Shown: positions 63,401 through 64,000 of the stretch, piece after piece | Layout of the letters: every line of letters starts with the position of its first letter | Numbering within the stretch: position 1 is the stretch's first letter | From: Macrostomum lignano | Taxonomy: Eukaryota | Length of the DNA: 64,000 nt | Assembly: GCA_002269645.1 (NCBI GenBank) | Contig: NIVC01001569.1 | Location: forward strand, 124,001-188,000 | Direction of reading: 5' to 3' | The notes under the pieces: model-generated | The model's database searches: none | Told to the model about the DNA's origin: nothing | Seen by the model: the letters and a program-made list of their open reading frames with translations, nothing else | Made by a program: the position numbers and the translations under genes

Positions 63401-64000
63401 CTGACGGTGGGATTAGAAAAACAGCGGGTCAGAGTTGAAGCGGAGAATCTCACCAGCCAATCAGCGAAGAGCAGTGAAGTTAAGATATTACAGGAAAAGA
63501 AAAACTCTTAAAACCAATCAATGAAAGGTAGAATTTTTCCGTTTTGCAACTGTTCCTCCAACTGCAGATCTCCCTGCAGAATCTGAGCGCTGAATTCCCG
63601 GAGATCTACAGCCGCTACGAGGCGTTCCGCTGCTACCACCGGGAGAAGAAGCGCCGCCATCCAACCGAGCCGGACGAAGTGGCGGCCGCCAAGATCGCCT
63701 GTCCGGACGTGTGCGAGTCCGAGGTTTACACGGCCGCCATCACCTCTGGCCTGTGGCCTCACCTAGCCGTGCCTGGTAGCGATGACAGCTTCAAACAGAT
63801 GATAGAGGTGAGCTGTCGGCCGTGAAGTAATGCAGTTTATGGTGGGCCTTCAAGTGGCTCATTTATCATCCAACCAACCCGATCCCAGAGCCCCAAACTA
63901 TCTGTCAACCCCACCGCTCCTCCCAGGTGTCTCGTCTCCTGAGCGACTACCTCGGTCCTGACGCCGCGCAGGACCCTGCCAGCCTGCTCGCCAGCAGCCT
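60485..64000 (+). CDS. DEG/ENaC (amiloride-sensitive sodium channel) family subunit, 3' end beyond window
   Basis: Exons 60485-61112, 62447-63054, 63568-63807 and 63927-onward with phases 1/0/0. Pre-TM1 ASLHGL (HG motif), TM1, FPDVTICN, YGNCYTF, GLILIL, thumb cysteines (CGC..YC..CY..CPDVCES). Confidence 0.9.
61120..62190. repeat. 20-bp minisatellite (cagtgtctcacctgtcattc), DEG/ENaC intron 1
   Basis: About 53 units starting 7 nt after the donor at 61113. Confidence 0.95.
62250..62410 (-). mobile_element. Partial diverged copy of the 56878-57239 SINE in DEG/ENaC intron 1
   Basis: Colinear similarity with the first copy: cccctgagc..acacaagcgcgc..gtacgcaggcac.c.ctcacacagg..ctgcgcctt.ggggttggctctca.ggc.gt.aat.gcac. 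Confidence 0.65.
63085..63475. repeat. 77-bp tandem repeat, DEG/ENaC intron 2
   Basis: ccaatcagcgaagagcatgtactgacagtggggttagaaaaaca... about 5 copies, period 77 (63151 to 63228). Confidence 0.85.

Overview
Animal (invertebrate) genomic DNA, not prokaryotic. GC-rich exons sit in AT-rich, repeat-filled introns and intergenic DNA. The style resembles a free-living flatworm such as Macrostomum, which is an inference only. Three intron-rich genes were rebuilt by hand from GT-AG sites with consistent phases. They are a plasma-membrane Ca2+-ATPase (PMCA, 564-18383, with two alternative last exons), a TALE homeobox gene of the PREP/PKNOX type (25482-29147), and a DEG/ENaC channel (from 60485, running off the window). 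Between them lie genes with intronless CDSs: a tandem pair of bacterial YbaY/YscW-like proteins, a secreted PAN-like + LamG-like protein, an unrecognised 1011-aa protein with a duplicated RRM-like/Cys-His module, PET117, an endosulfine (ENSA/ARPP19) with an unusual tail, and a possible small membrane protein. Mobile DNA includes three non-autonomous DNA transposons with visible target-site duplications, two LINE relics, a tRNA-derived SINE and a possible gag relic. About 25 micro- and minisatellite arrays are present, many filling introns. The best leads are the YbaY-like pair, the 1011-aa duplicated-module protein, the PMCA alternative calmodulin-domain exons, TTTCAG acceptors just upstream of start codons (possible trans-splicing or operons), and intron-specific minisatellites. 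All assignments are from reading the sequence; no database search was run.
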